Shown: in pieces, positions 7,283 to 15,782 of the stretch | How positions within the stretch are numbered: position 1 is the first letter of the stretch | How the letters are laid out: each line of letters opens with the position of its first letter | From: Acidobacteria bacterium ADurb.Bin340 | Lineage (GTDB): Bacteria; Acidobacteriota; Holophagae; Holophagales; Holophagaceae | NCBI GenBank assembly: GCA_002068835.1 | Contig: MWBB01000001.1 | Span: forward strand, 1 to 48,457 | Direction: 5' to 3' | Length of the DNA stretch: 48,457 bases | Program-made: the position numbers and the translations under genes | The notes under the pieces: model-generated | What the model saw: the letters and a program-made list of their open reading frames with translations, nothing else | The model's database searches: none | Told to the model about the DNA's origin: nothing

Positions 7283-7630
7283 ATGGCAGATCTTTCAATC
7301 CAGGTTCGTAACGCCGGCCCCGTGGCCGTGGTGCAGCCCCAGGGCTTCATCAACGCCCACACGGTGCGCCAGTTCGAGTCAGCCCTCGAGGACCTGGTGG
7401 GCCGCGGGCAGTTCACGATCCTCATCAACTGCAAGGACCTGAGCTACATCAGCTCTGCCGGCCTGGGCGCCATCATGGGCCTCATCGAAACCGTGCGCGA
7501 GAACGGCGGCGACATCCTGCTGTGCAGCCTCCAGGAGAACGTCCACGCCATCTTCGAGACCCTCGGGTTCACCCAGCTCTACCGGGTCTTCCCTGGCGAA
7601 GAGCAGGCTCTCGGCGCCGTGGCGGGATAG
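7283..7630 (+). CDS. STAS-domain anti-sigma-factor antagonist (SpoIIAA/RsbV-like)
   Basis: MADLSIQVRNAGPVAVVQPQGFINAHTVRQFESALEDL...INCKDLSYISSAGLGAIMG contains the phosphorylatable Ser in an SSAGLG context. Start set at Met22 of ORF 7220..7630. Confidence 0.9.
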   Translation: MADLSIQVRNAGPVAVVQPQGFINAHTVRQFESALEDLVGRGQFTILINCKDLSYISSAGLGAIMGLIETVRENGGDILLCSLQENVHAIFETLGFTQLYRVFPGEEQALGAVAG

Positions 7631-8067
7631 TGGCCGTGCGTCCAGCGCCCCAGCCCGAAGCCTTCCGCCTGGTGATCCCCAGCCAGACCCGCTACCTGAA
7701 CCTGGTGACGGGGCTGGCCAAGCGGGCCTCCCTGGTGGCCGGGATGGATGACGCCACCGCGGCCAAGGTGTCCATCGCCGTGGACGAAGCCGTCACCAAC
7801 GTGATCATGCATGCCTACCACGGCGATGCGGACCACCAGGTGGAGATCGAACTTCGCTTCGCATCCACGGCCCTGGAGATTCACATCTGGCACGGGGGGG
7901 ATGGCCTCCGGGAAGCGGATGTGGTGCTTCCGGACCCTGGGGAATACGTGAAACATCCCCGGAAGGGCGGGCTGGGCCTGCTGCTCATGAGCCGCTTCAT
8001 GGACGAGGTCCACTTCCACGAAGAGCCCGGACGCAACGCCTGCTGCATGATCAAGCGGCTGCCCTGA
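7630..8067 (+). CDS. Anti-sigma regulatory factor, Ser/Thr protein kinase (SpoIIAB/RsbW-like, HATPase_c_2)
   Basis: The GTG start at 7630 overlaps the STAS stop (TAGTG). Motifs VSIAVDEAVTNVIMHAY (N-box-like) and KGGLGLLLMSRFMDEV (G-box). Confidence 0.85.
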   Translation: MAVRPAPQPEAFRLVIPSQTRYLNLVTGLAKRASLVAGMDDATAAKVSIAVDEAVTNVIMHAYHGDADHQVEIELRFASTALEIHIWHGGDGLREADVVLPDPGEYVKHPRKGGLGLLLMSRFMDEVHFHEEPGRNACCMIKRLP

Positions 8068-8081
8068 CCGCCGGCCGGCCC

Positions 8082-9668
8082 ATGTCCGACCTTTCCGTGA
8101 GCACCCCCTTCGAACGGCTGCGGGCCCTGGCCTTGAGCATCCCGGGCGGAGCCCAGGAACTTCTGCCTCTCGTGGACTTCCTGGAGACCTTCCCGGCCCA
8201 GGTGACGGAGGAGGCCCTGGTCCACCTGGTCGGCGTGACGGCCCTGGGCATCGCGAAGACCAGCCAGGGCGGCCTCTGGGATGGCCACAAATGGCTGTTC
8301 CTCCGGGGCTCGGCAACGCCCTACCCCACCAATCCGGGCGAAGGCTGGCTCAGTCTGCCCTGGGCCTACGGGGACGAAGTCTTCGGTCATCTGGTCATGC
8401 GCAGCGCGTCCGCGCCTCCGGCCCTGCCCCTGCTGCTTTCCATTTCGGCGCCGCTGCTGGCGTGGCGACGCCTGGAGGCCCTCCGCAGCGACCAGAACCG
8501 CGCCCTGGCCCTGCAGCTTTCGCGGCTGAACACCCTTTTCGACCTCACCCGCAGCCTGGGGGAGGTCGACGAGAAGGAGGACATCGTCCACCTGACCGCC
8601 AACAGCCTCATGGCCGAGTTCCTGATTTCCCGGCTGCTGGTGGTGGGCTCCGACGGCAGCGTGCTCTTCAGCCGGGGACTGGGCTCCCTCCCCCCCTCAC
8701 TGGATGCCGAGGATCTGGCACGCGTCATCGCCGCCAAGGGGTTGGTTCACGCGCTGGAACTGCGGGACCAGGAGCACAGCCACGGCTTCGCCTACGCGGG
8801 GGAGCCCAGCCAGGGGCGGCTGGGGGATGAGGACGAGCTCTTCCTCCAGACCCTGGTGAACATCACCTCCACCCAGCTCACCTCGCTGGAGCTGCGGGAG
8901 TCGCGGATCCAATCGCTCAAGCTGGAGAAGGACCTGGATCTGGCCCGCAACATCCAGCGGCGCATCCTTCCCAAGCAGCTGCCGGAGCCCCCGGGCTGGC
9001 AGTGCGCCGCCGCGAACCTGCCCTACCAGGCCGTGGGGGGCGATCTGTACGATCTCTGGGAGGTCCCCCACGCCGACGGCGGCTCCCGGCTGCACCTGGC
9101 CGTGGGGGACATTTCAGGCAAAGGCCTGCCCGCCAGCCTGATGATGACCCAGCTTTCAGCCTTCCTCCGGGCCATGGCCGACCGCCGGGTGGACAACTGG
9201 GGCCTGCTGGCGACCCGACTCAACGCCCGCATGAACGAGATCCGCGACGGCAACCGCTACGCCACCCTGTTCGCAGGCAGCCTCAACCCCGCCAACGGCG
9301 ATCTGCGCTTCGTGAACGGCGGCCACAATCCCCCCATCCTCGTGCCTGCGGACGGCGGCCCCCTGCAGCGCTTGGCTCCCACGGGCCCCATGGTGGGTCT
9401 GCTGTCCGGCTTCACCTTCGGAGAAGGCCACGCCCACATGGCTCCGGGCGATGTCCTTCTCATTTTCACCGATGGCCTGGTGGAGGCCGAAAACCTCCGC
9501 GGCGAAGATCTGGGCGAGGAAACCCTGGCCCAGATTGTGCGAAACCGACCGGAAGCCAGCGCCGATGACCTCTTCGAGGCCCTGCTCGTGGAAACCTTCC
9601 GGCACATGGAAGGCAAAGGGTTCCGGGACGATGTCACCCTCGTGGTGGTCAAGCGGCTGCCGAGCTGA
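8082..9668 (+). CDS. GAF-domain PP2C/SpoIIE-family serine phosphatase (RsbU-like)
   Basis: C-terminal PP2C motifs VGGDLYDLWEV, AVGDISGKGLPASLMMTQL, LIFTDGLVEAEN and FRDDVTLVVVKR. The N-terminal approximately 280 aa are GAF-like. Confidence 0.9.
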   Translation: MSDLSVSTPFERLRALALSIPGGAQELLPLVDFLETFPAQVTEEALVHLVGVTALGIAKTSQGGLWDGHKWLFLRGSATPYPTNPGEGWLSLPWAYGDEVFGHLVMRSASAPPALPLLLSISAPLLAWRRLEALRSDQNRALALQLSRLNTLFDLTRSLGEVDEKEDIVHLTANSLMAEFLISRLLVVGSDGSVLFSRGLGSLPPSLDAEDLARVIAAKGLVHALELRDQEHSHGFAYAGEPSQGRLGDEDELFLQTLVNITSTQLTSLELRESRIQSLKLEKDLDLARNIQRRILPKQLPEPPGWQCAAANLPYQAVGGDLYDLWEVPHADGGSRLHLAVGDISGKGLPASLMMTQLSAFLRAMADRRVDNWGLLATRLNARMNEIRDGNRYATLFAGSLNPANGDLRFVNGGHNPPILVPADGGPLQRLAPTGPMVGLLSGFTFGEGHAHMAPGDVLLIFTDGLVEAENLRGEDLGEETLAQIVRNRPEASADDLFEALLVETFRHMEGKGFRDDVTLVVVKRLPS

Positions 9669-9728
9669 AACCCGCACGAACCCTGATCCCAGGCATCCAA
9701 TGATGCTAGAACTGGACCGAGGCGCACC

Positions 9729-10568
9729 ATGAACGGCACCAAATCATTCCTCCTCATCACCGCCCTCACGGGCCTGATGGTCGGCATCGGGTTCCTGTGG
9801 CAGGGCGAGATGGGCGTCATCATCGGCCTTGGCATCGGCCTCTTCGCCAACGCCATCAGCTACTTCTTTTCGGACCGCATCGTGCTGGCCTCCTACCGCG
9901 CCCGGGTGGTTTCCCCCAGCGAGGCGCCGGAGCTCCACACCATCGTGGCCAACCTCGCCGAGCGGGCCGGACTGCCCATGCCCCGGGTGGCCGTGATCCC
10001 CGACGACACACCCAACGCCTTCGCCACGGGGCGCAACCCGGATCACGCGGTGGTGGCCGTCACCGAAGGCATCCTCCGGACCCTGAACCGGGGCGAACTG
10101 GAAGGCGTGCTCGCCCACGAGCTGGCCCACGTCAAGAACCGGGACATCCTCGTGGGCTCCCTGGCCGCAGTGATGGCCCAGGCCATCATGTTCATCAGCC
10201 ACATGGCCGGCGTTTTCATGCCCCGGGATCGGGAGGGCCGCTCGAACCCGATGGTGGGGCTGCTCATCGCCATCCTCGGACCCATCGCAGCCATGATGCT
10301 GCAGATGGCCGTGAGCCGTTCCCGGGAGTACATGGCCGATGAATACGCCGCCCGGCTCACGGGCCGTCCGGACAACCTGGCCAGCGCCCTGGCCCGCATC
10401 TCCGGCTACAACGAGGCCTACCCCATGCGCGGCGCCGAACCCGCCACGGCCCACATGATGATCGTGAACCCCCTGTCCGGAGGCGGCCTCCGCAGCCTGT
10501 TCAGTACCCATCCGCCCATCGCCAAGCGCATCGAACGCCTCAACGCGCTGCCCATCGAGGCCCGGTAG
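9729..10568 (+). CDS. htpX: Zinc metalloprotease HtpX (peptidase M48)
   Basis: N-terminal TM helices; AHELAHVKNRDIL (HExxH); C-terminal EYMADEYAARLTG and STHPPIAKRIERL, typical of HtpX. Confidence 0.95.
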   Translation: MNGTKSFLLITALTGLMVGIGFLWQGEMGVIIGLGIGLFANAISYFFSDRIVLASYRARVVSPSEAPELHTIVANLAERAGLPMPRVAVIPDDTPNAFATGRNPDHAVVAVTEGILRTLNRGELEGVLAHELAHVKNRDILVGSLAAVMAQAIMFISHMAGVFMPRDREGRSNPMVGLLIAILGPIAAMMLQMAVSRSREYMADEYAARLTGRPDNLASALARISGYNEAYPMRGAEPATAHMMIVNPLSGGGLRSLFSTHPPIAKRIERLNALPIEAR

Positions 10569-10607
10569 TTGAATGGGGAAGCCGGTCTGCCGATAGGACG
10601 GGGCATC

Positions 10608-12737
10608 ATGCCTTCCGTCCTCGGCAAGTACGAGCTGCTGCGCCCCCTGGGCCGGGGGGCCATGGGCGAGGTCTTCCTGGCGAAGGATCCCCTCCTGGGC
10701 CGGGAGGTCGCGGTCAAGACCATCCAGGCGGGGAGCGCCTTCGGCGAGGAGGCCCAGGCCCGCTTCACCCGGGAGGCCCGGGCCACGGCGGTCCTGAACC
10801 ACCCCAACATCGTCACGGTCTACGACTTCGGCCAGGAAGGTGATCTGGCCTACCTGGTCATGGAGTACGTGGAGGGCGAAAGCCTGGAAACCCTCATTGC
10901 CCAGGGCGCTCCGAAGGAGGAGCTCCTGGAAGTCCTGGTGCAGGTCTGCGAAGGCCTGGGCTACGCCCACGAGCGGGGCGTCATCCACCGGGACGTGAAG
11001 CCCGCCAACATCCTGGTGAGCCGGAGAGGGCGCCGCCTGCACGCCAAGCTCATGGATTTCGGCGTGGCCCTGGTGGACCAGAGCACCCTCACCGCCGCAG
11101 GCGTGTGGATGGGCACCCTCAGCTACATGGCCCCCGAGTACCTCGATACCGGGCGGGCCAGCGCCAGTTCGGACCTCTTCGCCCTGGGCGTGATCCTCTA
11201 CGAAATCCTGACGGGCGGCCGCAAGCCCTTCACCGCCGAAACCTCCACCGGCATCCTCAACGCCATCCTGCGCAAGCCTGCGGATCCCCTGGGGCCCGAA
11301 GACGCCCGGGGCCTGGGCCCCGCCATCCTGGATGTGGCCGGACGAGCCCTGGCCAAGGATCCCCTGCACCGCTTTCCCACAGCCGAAGCCCTGGCCCAGG
11401 GCATCCTCGGGGCCCTGGCGCCTGCGGCCGCCGCCCCCAAGCCCACGCCCCGCAGACCGCCCCCGGCCCTGGTGGTCGGCAAGGGCGGCAAGGCCACCTG
11501 CCTCAGCCTGCGGGTGGCGCTCCGCCAGGCGGAACCCGGGGCGCGCATCCTCGTCCTGCCCGGCATCTACCGGGAATCAATCCTGCTGGACAAGGCCGTC
11601 ACCCTCGTGGGCGAAGGCGACCCCGCGGAAACGATCATCGAAGGCATCCACGGACCGGCGGTCCGGACCAGCGCCCCGGTGGGCCTGGAGCGCCTCAGCC
11701 TTCGGGTGGCCGATGGCGACACGCCTGCCCTGGAGGTGCTGTCTTCCCGCTGCGCCCTCCTGGATTGCAGCCTGGCTGGCGCCGAAAGCCCCGCCGTCGT
11801 GGTGGCTGCGGGAGCTTCCGCCCATCTGGTCCGGTGCCGCCTGGAGGCCGTGGGCGAGCGGGTGGCCCGGAGCGAGGGCGAAATGGACCTGGAGGACTGC
11901 CAATTCCACGGCGGCAACCGCGCGGCTCTCCAGGTGGGCCCCGGCGCCCGAGCTTCCCTCAAGGGTGGACGGTTCGAGGATGGCCCCGGAGTGAGCCTTC
12001 TCCTGGAGGCTTCGGCCCGGGCAACCCTGGAAGGCGTGGACATCGCCGACCGCATGCTGGGAGGCATCGAACTGGAAACCGAAGCCCGACTGGAAGCCCG
12101 CCGCTGCACCCTGCAGGGCAGCCGTTTCGCGGGCATCCTGGCCCTGGATCGGGGCCACGTGCTGCTGGAAGCCTGTACCTGCGCCGGGCACCTGGGCGCC
12201 GGGCTCCACCTGGCTGGAGCCTCCAGTGCCCAGGCCCGGGACTGCGTGCTGCGCGGCAATGGCTGCGGCATTTCAGTGCGGGCCCAGAGCCTGGCCACCC
12301 TGGAGAACTGCGATCTGACGGCCAACGCCCGCGAGGGTCTGCTGATCCAGGAAGGGGCCACGGCCCAGCTCAGGAACTGCCGGATCCTGGATGGACTGGG
12401 CATGGGAGTGTCCTGCGAGCCCCACGGCCGGGGCGTGCTGGAAACCTGCGAAATCGCGGGCAATGCCCGCACGGGGGCCAGCGTCAGCCCTGGCGGCAGC
12501 CTGCTGCTGGTGCGCTGCGTCATCCGCGATGGCCAGGACACGGGCCTGCTGCTGTTCCAGGATGCCGAGGCCACGTTGGAGCAGTGCGTGGTCCACCGCA
12601 ATGCCCGGGCCGGCATCCTCCTGGCCCGGGATGCAGCGGACCCCATCCTGCGGGGTGCCAACCGCATCGAAGACCCCCTGCTGCGGGAACAGGCCCTCGG
12701 CCAGCCGGTTCGCGTGGCCCCCGTCAGGAAGCGCTGA
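10608..12737 (+). CDS. Ser/Thr protein kinase fused to right-handed parallel beta-helix (PbH1) repeats
   Basis: Hanks kinase motifs GRGAMGEVFLA, VAVKTI, HRDVKPANIL, DFGVA and SYMAPE. A Pro/Ala linker follows, then about 420 aa of repeated L..C.(L/I)..N...G(I/L) units. No hydrophobic TM segment. Start set at the ATG at 10608 (track ORF begins at TTG 10569). Confidence 0.9.
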   Translation: MPSVLGKYELLRPLGRGAMGEVFLAKDPLLGREVAVKTIQAGSAFGEEAQARFTREARATAVLNHPNIVTVYDFGQEGDLAYLVMEYVEGESLETLIAQGAPKEELLEVLVQVCEGLGYAHERGVIHRDVKPANILVSRRGRRLHAKLMDFGVALVDQSTLTAAGVWMGTLSYMAPEYLDTGRASASSDLFALGVILYEILTGGRKPFTAETSTGILNAILRKPADPLGPEDARGLGPAILDVAGRALAKDPLHRFPTAEALAQGILGALAPAAAAPKPTPRRPPPALVVGKGGKATCLSLRVALRQAEPGARILVLPGIYRESILLDKAVTLVGEGDPAETIIEGIHGPAVRTSAPVGLERLSLRVADGDTPALEVLSSRCALLDCSLAGAESPAVVVAAGASAHLVRCRLEAVGERVARSEGEMDLEDCQFHGGNRAALQVGPGARASLKGGRFEDGPGVSLLLEASARATLEGVDIADRMLGGIELETEARLEARRCTLQGSRFAGILALDRGHVLLEACTCAGHLGAGLHLAGASSAQARDCVLRGNGCGISVRAQSLATLENCDLTANAREGLLIQEGATAQLRNCRILDGLGMGVSCEPHGRGVLETCEIAGNARTGASVSPGGSLLLVRCVIRDGQDTGLLLFQDAEATLEQCVVHRNARAGILLARDAADPILRGANRIEDPLLREQALGQPVRVAPVRKR

Positions 12738-14016
12738 TCCCCGTCAGCCCGTCGAGCACCGCTCCCCACAGTTCCGGACACTCCTCGTCCAGGAAGTGAA
12801 GGTGGGCCCCCTGAACCATCTGCAGGGCCGGATCCAATGAGGGGCAGATGAGCGCCGTCGGGCGTTCGCCCCAGGCCCGGATCTGAGGTTCGATGCTGCG
12901 GAAGACCGCCAGCGGTTCTTCCTCCGAAGCCAGCAGCGGGTGGAGATCCATCAGAAGCAGGGCCGGAGCCGCCGAGCGCCCCAGGGCGGCACCCACCGCT
13001 GCCGCATCCGGCACAGCATCCAACCGGGCGTAGCCCAGGCCCCGGAGCACGGCCAGGATGCGATCCCTCCTGGGGCCGGGCTCCGCTACCAGGAGGCCCC
13101 GCACCTCCCGCCGCGCCAGTCCGCGCCGGGGATCCTCGCCCCCTGCGGCGGCGGCCCCTGAAGGTTGAAGCAGAACCTCTTCCGTCGCGGGCCCCGGTCC
13201 ATGCCCGCCAGCATTCCCCGGAGAGAGCAGCGACCCGCCTTCGACCTCTGCGGATCGGGGGCGTCCCGGGGCCGCCTGCACCGCCTGACGGAAGGCCAGG
13301 CTCTCCCGCAACGCCCGCGCCTCCTCCTCGCCCAGTTCTCCGAAGGCGATGCCCACCAGCACTTCCTCGCCGTGATCGAAGACATGGGCAACCGCGCCCC
13401 GCACTTCCAGCAAGGGCAGACGGGGCAGGTCCTGAAGGCGGATCCGACTGAGGCCGAGACCTCGATCAAACAAGGCGGTCTGAACGGGGACGCGGATCCC
13501 GGTATCCAGGCGAAGCACCCGGTCCACGCGCACCAATGCGCCCCCCTGGCTGAGGTTCAGCACGGGGCCGCCGATGACCCGGCCCGGCACGCCCGCATCC
13601 TGGGCCAGCACGTAGGGCGCCTCCCGGGGCCTGAAGGGGAAGCGGGGATGACGTCGCCGATCCGAAGGCCACATGGCCTTGGGGCATTCAAACCGGTAGC
13701 GGAGGTAGGATTCCCGCTCCAGGTAGTGGATCTCGGCCTCGAAACGCTGGTCCTGCCAGGGGAAAACCATGATGAAGGGCGCTCCGGATGCCAACTCGTG
13801 GGGCAACGGGCGCACCAGTTTCAGCAGGAGGGCGCCTCGCTCCGGTTCGAGGCCCACCACCTGCGAGGCATAGGGCAAGGTGCTCGTCCCCTCCACCTTG
13901 ATGGGGAACTCCACCTGGCCCCCCTCCAGGCCCTGAAAGGCCTGAAGGAGCAAAGAGGCATCCGCGATCAGATCGTTCCGCCCCTCCAGGCCCCGCATCA
14001 CTTTCGGAAGGTTCAT
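12724..14016 (-). CDS. PilZ-domain (c-di-GMP receptor type) protein with a C-terminal degenerate receiver-like domain
   Basis: RRRHPR (residues 120-125) and NLSQGG (residues 154-159) match the PilZ RxxxR / (D/N)xSxxG motifs. The N-terminal approximately 110 aa are YcgR-N-like. The C-terminus (from about residue 305: LLVAEPG...LLLMDLHP) is CheY-like with the acidic pocket partly lost. Confidence 0.8.
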   Translation of the reverse strand: MNLPKVMRGLEGRNDLIADASLLLQAFQGLEGGQVEFPIKVEGTSTLPYASQVVGLEPERGALLLKLVRPLPHELASGAPFIMVFPWQDQRFEAEIHYLERESYLRYRFECPKAMWPSDRRRHPRFPFRPREAPYVLAQDAGVPGRVIGGPVLNLSQGGALVRVDRVLRLDTGIRVPVQTALFDRGLGLSRIRLQDLPRLPLLEVRGAVAHVFDHGEEVLVGIAFGELGEEEARALRESLAFRQAVQAAPGRPRSAEVEGGSLLSPGNAGGHGPGPATEEVLLQPSGAAAAGGEDPRRGLARREVRGLLVAEPGPRRDRILAVLRGLGYARLDAVPDAAAVGAALGRSAAPALLLMDLHPLLASEEEPLAVFRSIEPQIRAWGERPTALICPSLDPALQMVQGAHLHFLDEECPELWGAVLDGLTGISAS

Positions 14017-14117
14017 CCCATGCCCTCATCCCGGCCATCGGCGGAAGCACGGGCAGAGTTGAGGTTGCCACATGTCCCATCAGGCCAGAGGCCCTGGAGC
14101 GCGCCCGCCTGGAAGCG

Positions 14118-14990
14118 TCAGAACTGCGGAAGCACCCGCACGGACCAGCCGAAGGTGCGCATGCGGCCGGGCTCCACCAGGAACACACCGGGTTTTTCCC
14201 GGAGTTCCCCATCGAAGCCTTCAGGACTGTGGTGGCCGTGCCAGGGTTCGATGCAGAGGAAGCCCGCGCCGGGAATGGTCCATAAGGCCAGATGGGGGAA
14301 TCCCGACCACGCGATCTCCACGCCTGGCCCACCAGGGGCGCCGTAGCGCAGCGAACGGCTGCGCAGGCGATCCAGGATGAGAGCATCGGCCCGGAAGTGG
14401 TCATCCCGAAGCCGCAGGAGATTGCCCTCCACCGGCGTGGGGTGCGGCGCCCCATCCAGGAGGCCGTTGCGGAGGCGCCGGACTGGAGCCACCTCCTCCT
14501 GTTCGAAAACGATCCGGTGCGTCTCCCGTGGCAGGCCCGCCAGAGGCCAGCGGAAGGCCGGATGGGCCCCCAGGCTTGCAGGAAGGGGACGGCTTCCAGG
14601 GTTGTGCACCTCGTAGCGCACGTGCAGGCTGGGGCCCTCCAGGCGATAGGCGAGCCGCAGATCGAAAGGAAAGGGGTAACGCTCACGGGTTTCCGGGCTG
14701 TCCACCAACTGCCAGACGCAGTCTTCCCGGGTCAGGCGCAGCAGACGGAAGGGCAGGTCCCGGGCAAAGCCGTGCTGGGAGAGAGCATGCGCCTCGCCAT
14801 CCACCCAGGTCTGGTTGCCGGTCAGGCGGCCCACCACGGGAAAGAGCACCGGAGAGGTGCGGCCCCAGACTTCGGGATCCCCCTCCCACAGCAGCTCGGG
14901 ACCGCCCAGGACGTTCAGCCGCCGCAGTTCCGCGCCCTGGGCACGAAACTCGGCTCGAAGCACCTGGTTTTGAATGAAACACGCATCCAT
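14118..14990 (-). CDS. Aldose 1-epimerase (mutarotase) family protein
   Basis: MDACFIQNQVLRAEF...GPELLWEGDPEVWGRTSPVLFPVVGRL...HGFARD...GAHPAFRWP...CIEPW is the characteristic YihR/aldose-epimerase pattern. Start set at Met28 of ORF 14118..15071. Confidence 0.85.
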   Translation of the reverse strand: MDACFIQNQVLRAEFRAQGAELRRLNVLGGPELLWEGDPEVWGRTSPVLFPVVGRLTGNQTWVDGEAHALSQHGFARDLPFRLLRLTREDCVWQLVDSPETRERYPFPFDLRLAYRLEGPSLHVRYEVHNPGSRPLPASLGAHPAFRWPLAGLPRETHRIVFEQEEVAPVRRLRNGLLDGAPHPTPVEGNLLRLRDDHFRADALILDRLRSRSLRYGAPGGPGVEIAWSGFPHLALWTIPGAGFLCIEPWHGHHSPEGFDGELREKPGVFLVEPGRMRTFGWSVRVLPQF

Positions 14991-15066
14991 GGCGGCGGAT
15001 CCTTCCGGGGTGTTGCCAGAATAGCCCGCTCGAGGTGGATTGGGCGCGCACAACACACCCCCCGGG

Positions 15067-15104
15067 CCCAAACAACACGCGGCCCCGCAGGACCGGGGCC
15101 GCGT
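15067..15104 (-). terminator. Terminator candidate downstream of clpP
   Basis: Perfect 11-bp stem ACGCGGCCCCG (15077-15087) / CGGGGCCGCGT (15094-15104). On the minus strand it is followed by GTTGTTTGGG. Located 23 nt past the clpP stop. Confidence 0.45.
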
Positions 15105-15126
15105 GCGGAACCGGGAGGCTCGAACG

Positions 15127-15723
15127 TCAGGGGCGCTCGGTGAGCACCTTGTCGATGAGGCCGTATTCCAGGGCCTCCTGGGGCCCCATGAAGTAGTCGC
15201 GATCCATGTCCTTCATGAGCTTCTTCAGGTTCTGGCCCGTGTGCCGGGCCATGATTTCCGCCAGCATCTCCTTGAGGCGCTGGATCTCCTTGAAGGTGAT
15301 CTCGATGTCGCTGGCCTGGCCCTGGGCGCCGCCCGAAGGCTGGTGGATCATGATCCGGCTGTTGGGCAGGGTGAAGCGCTTGCCCTTGGTGCCCGCGGAG
15401 AGCAGCAGGGCGCCCATGCTGGCCGCCTGGCCGATGCAGTAGGTCACGATGTCGTTCTTCACGAACTGCATGGTGTCGTAGATGGCCAGGCCCGCGGTGA
15501 CGCTGCCGCCGGGGCTGTTGATGTAGATCTGTATGTCCTTGTCCGGGTCTTCGGATTCCAGGAAGAGCATCTGGGCCACGATGGCGTTGGCCACGCTGTC
15601 GTCGATGGCCGTGCCCAGGAAGATGATGTTGTCCTTGAGCAGGCGGGAGTAGATGTCGTAGCTCCGCTCGCCCCGAGGGGTTTCCTCGATGACGATGGGC
15701 GGGTAGTAGGCGCGTTCGAACAT
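15127..15723 (-). CDS. clpP: ATP-dependent Clp protease proteolytic subunit ClpP
   Basis: [27 protein letters not shown] (catalytic Ser), [10 protein letters not shown] (His), [18 protein letters not shown] (Asp). Start set at Met22 of ORF 15127..15786. Confidence 0.95.
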   Translation of the reverse strand: MFERAYYPPIVIEETPRGERSYDIYSRLLKDNIIFLGTAIDDSVANAIVAQMLFLESEDPDKDIQIYINSPGGSVTAGLAIYDTMQFVKNDIVTYCIGQAASMGALLLSAGTKGKRFTLPNSRIMIHQPSGGAQGQASDIEITFKEIQRLKEMLAEIMARHTGQNLKKLMKDMDRDYFMGPQEALEYGLIDKVLTERP

Positions 15724-15782
15724 GGCGGCTCCTCGGGGTCCAGGATAACGGCTGAATCTGGGATGGCGGAGACCGCGGACCG

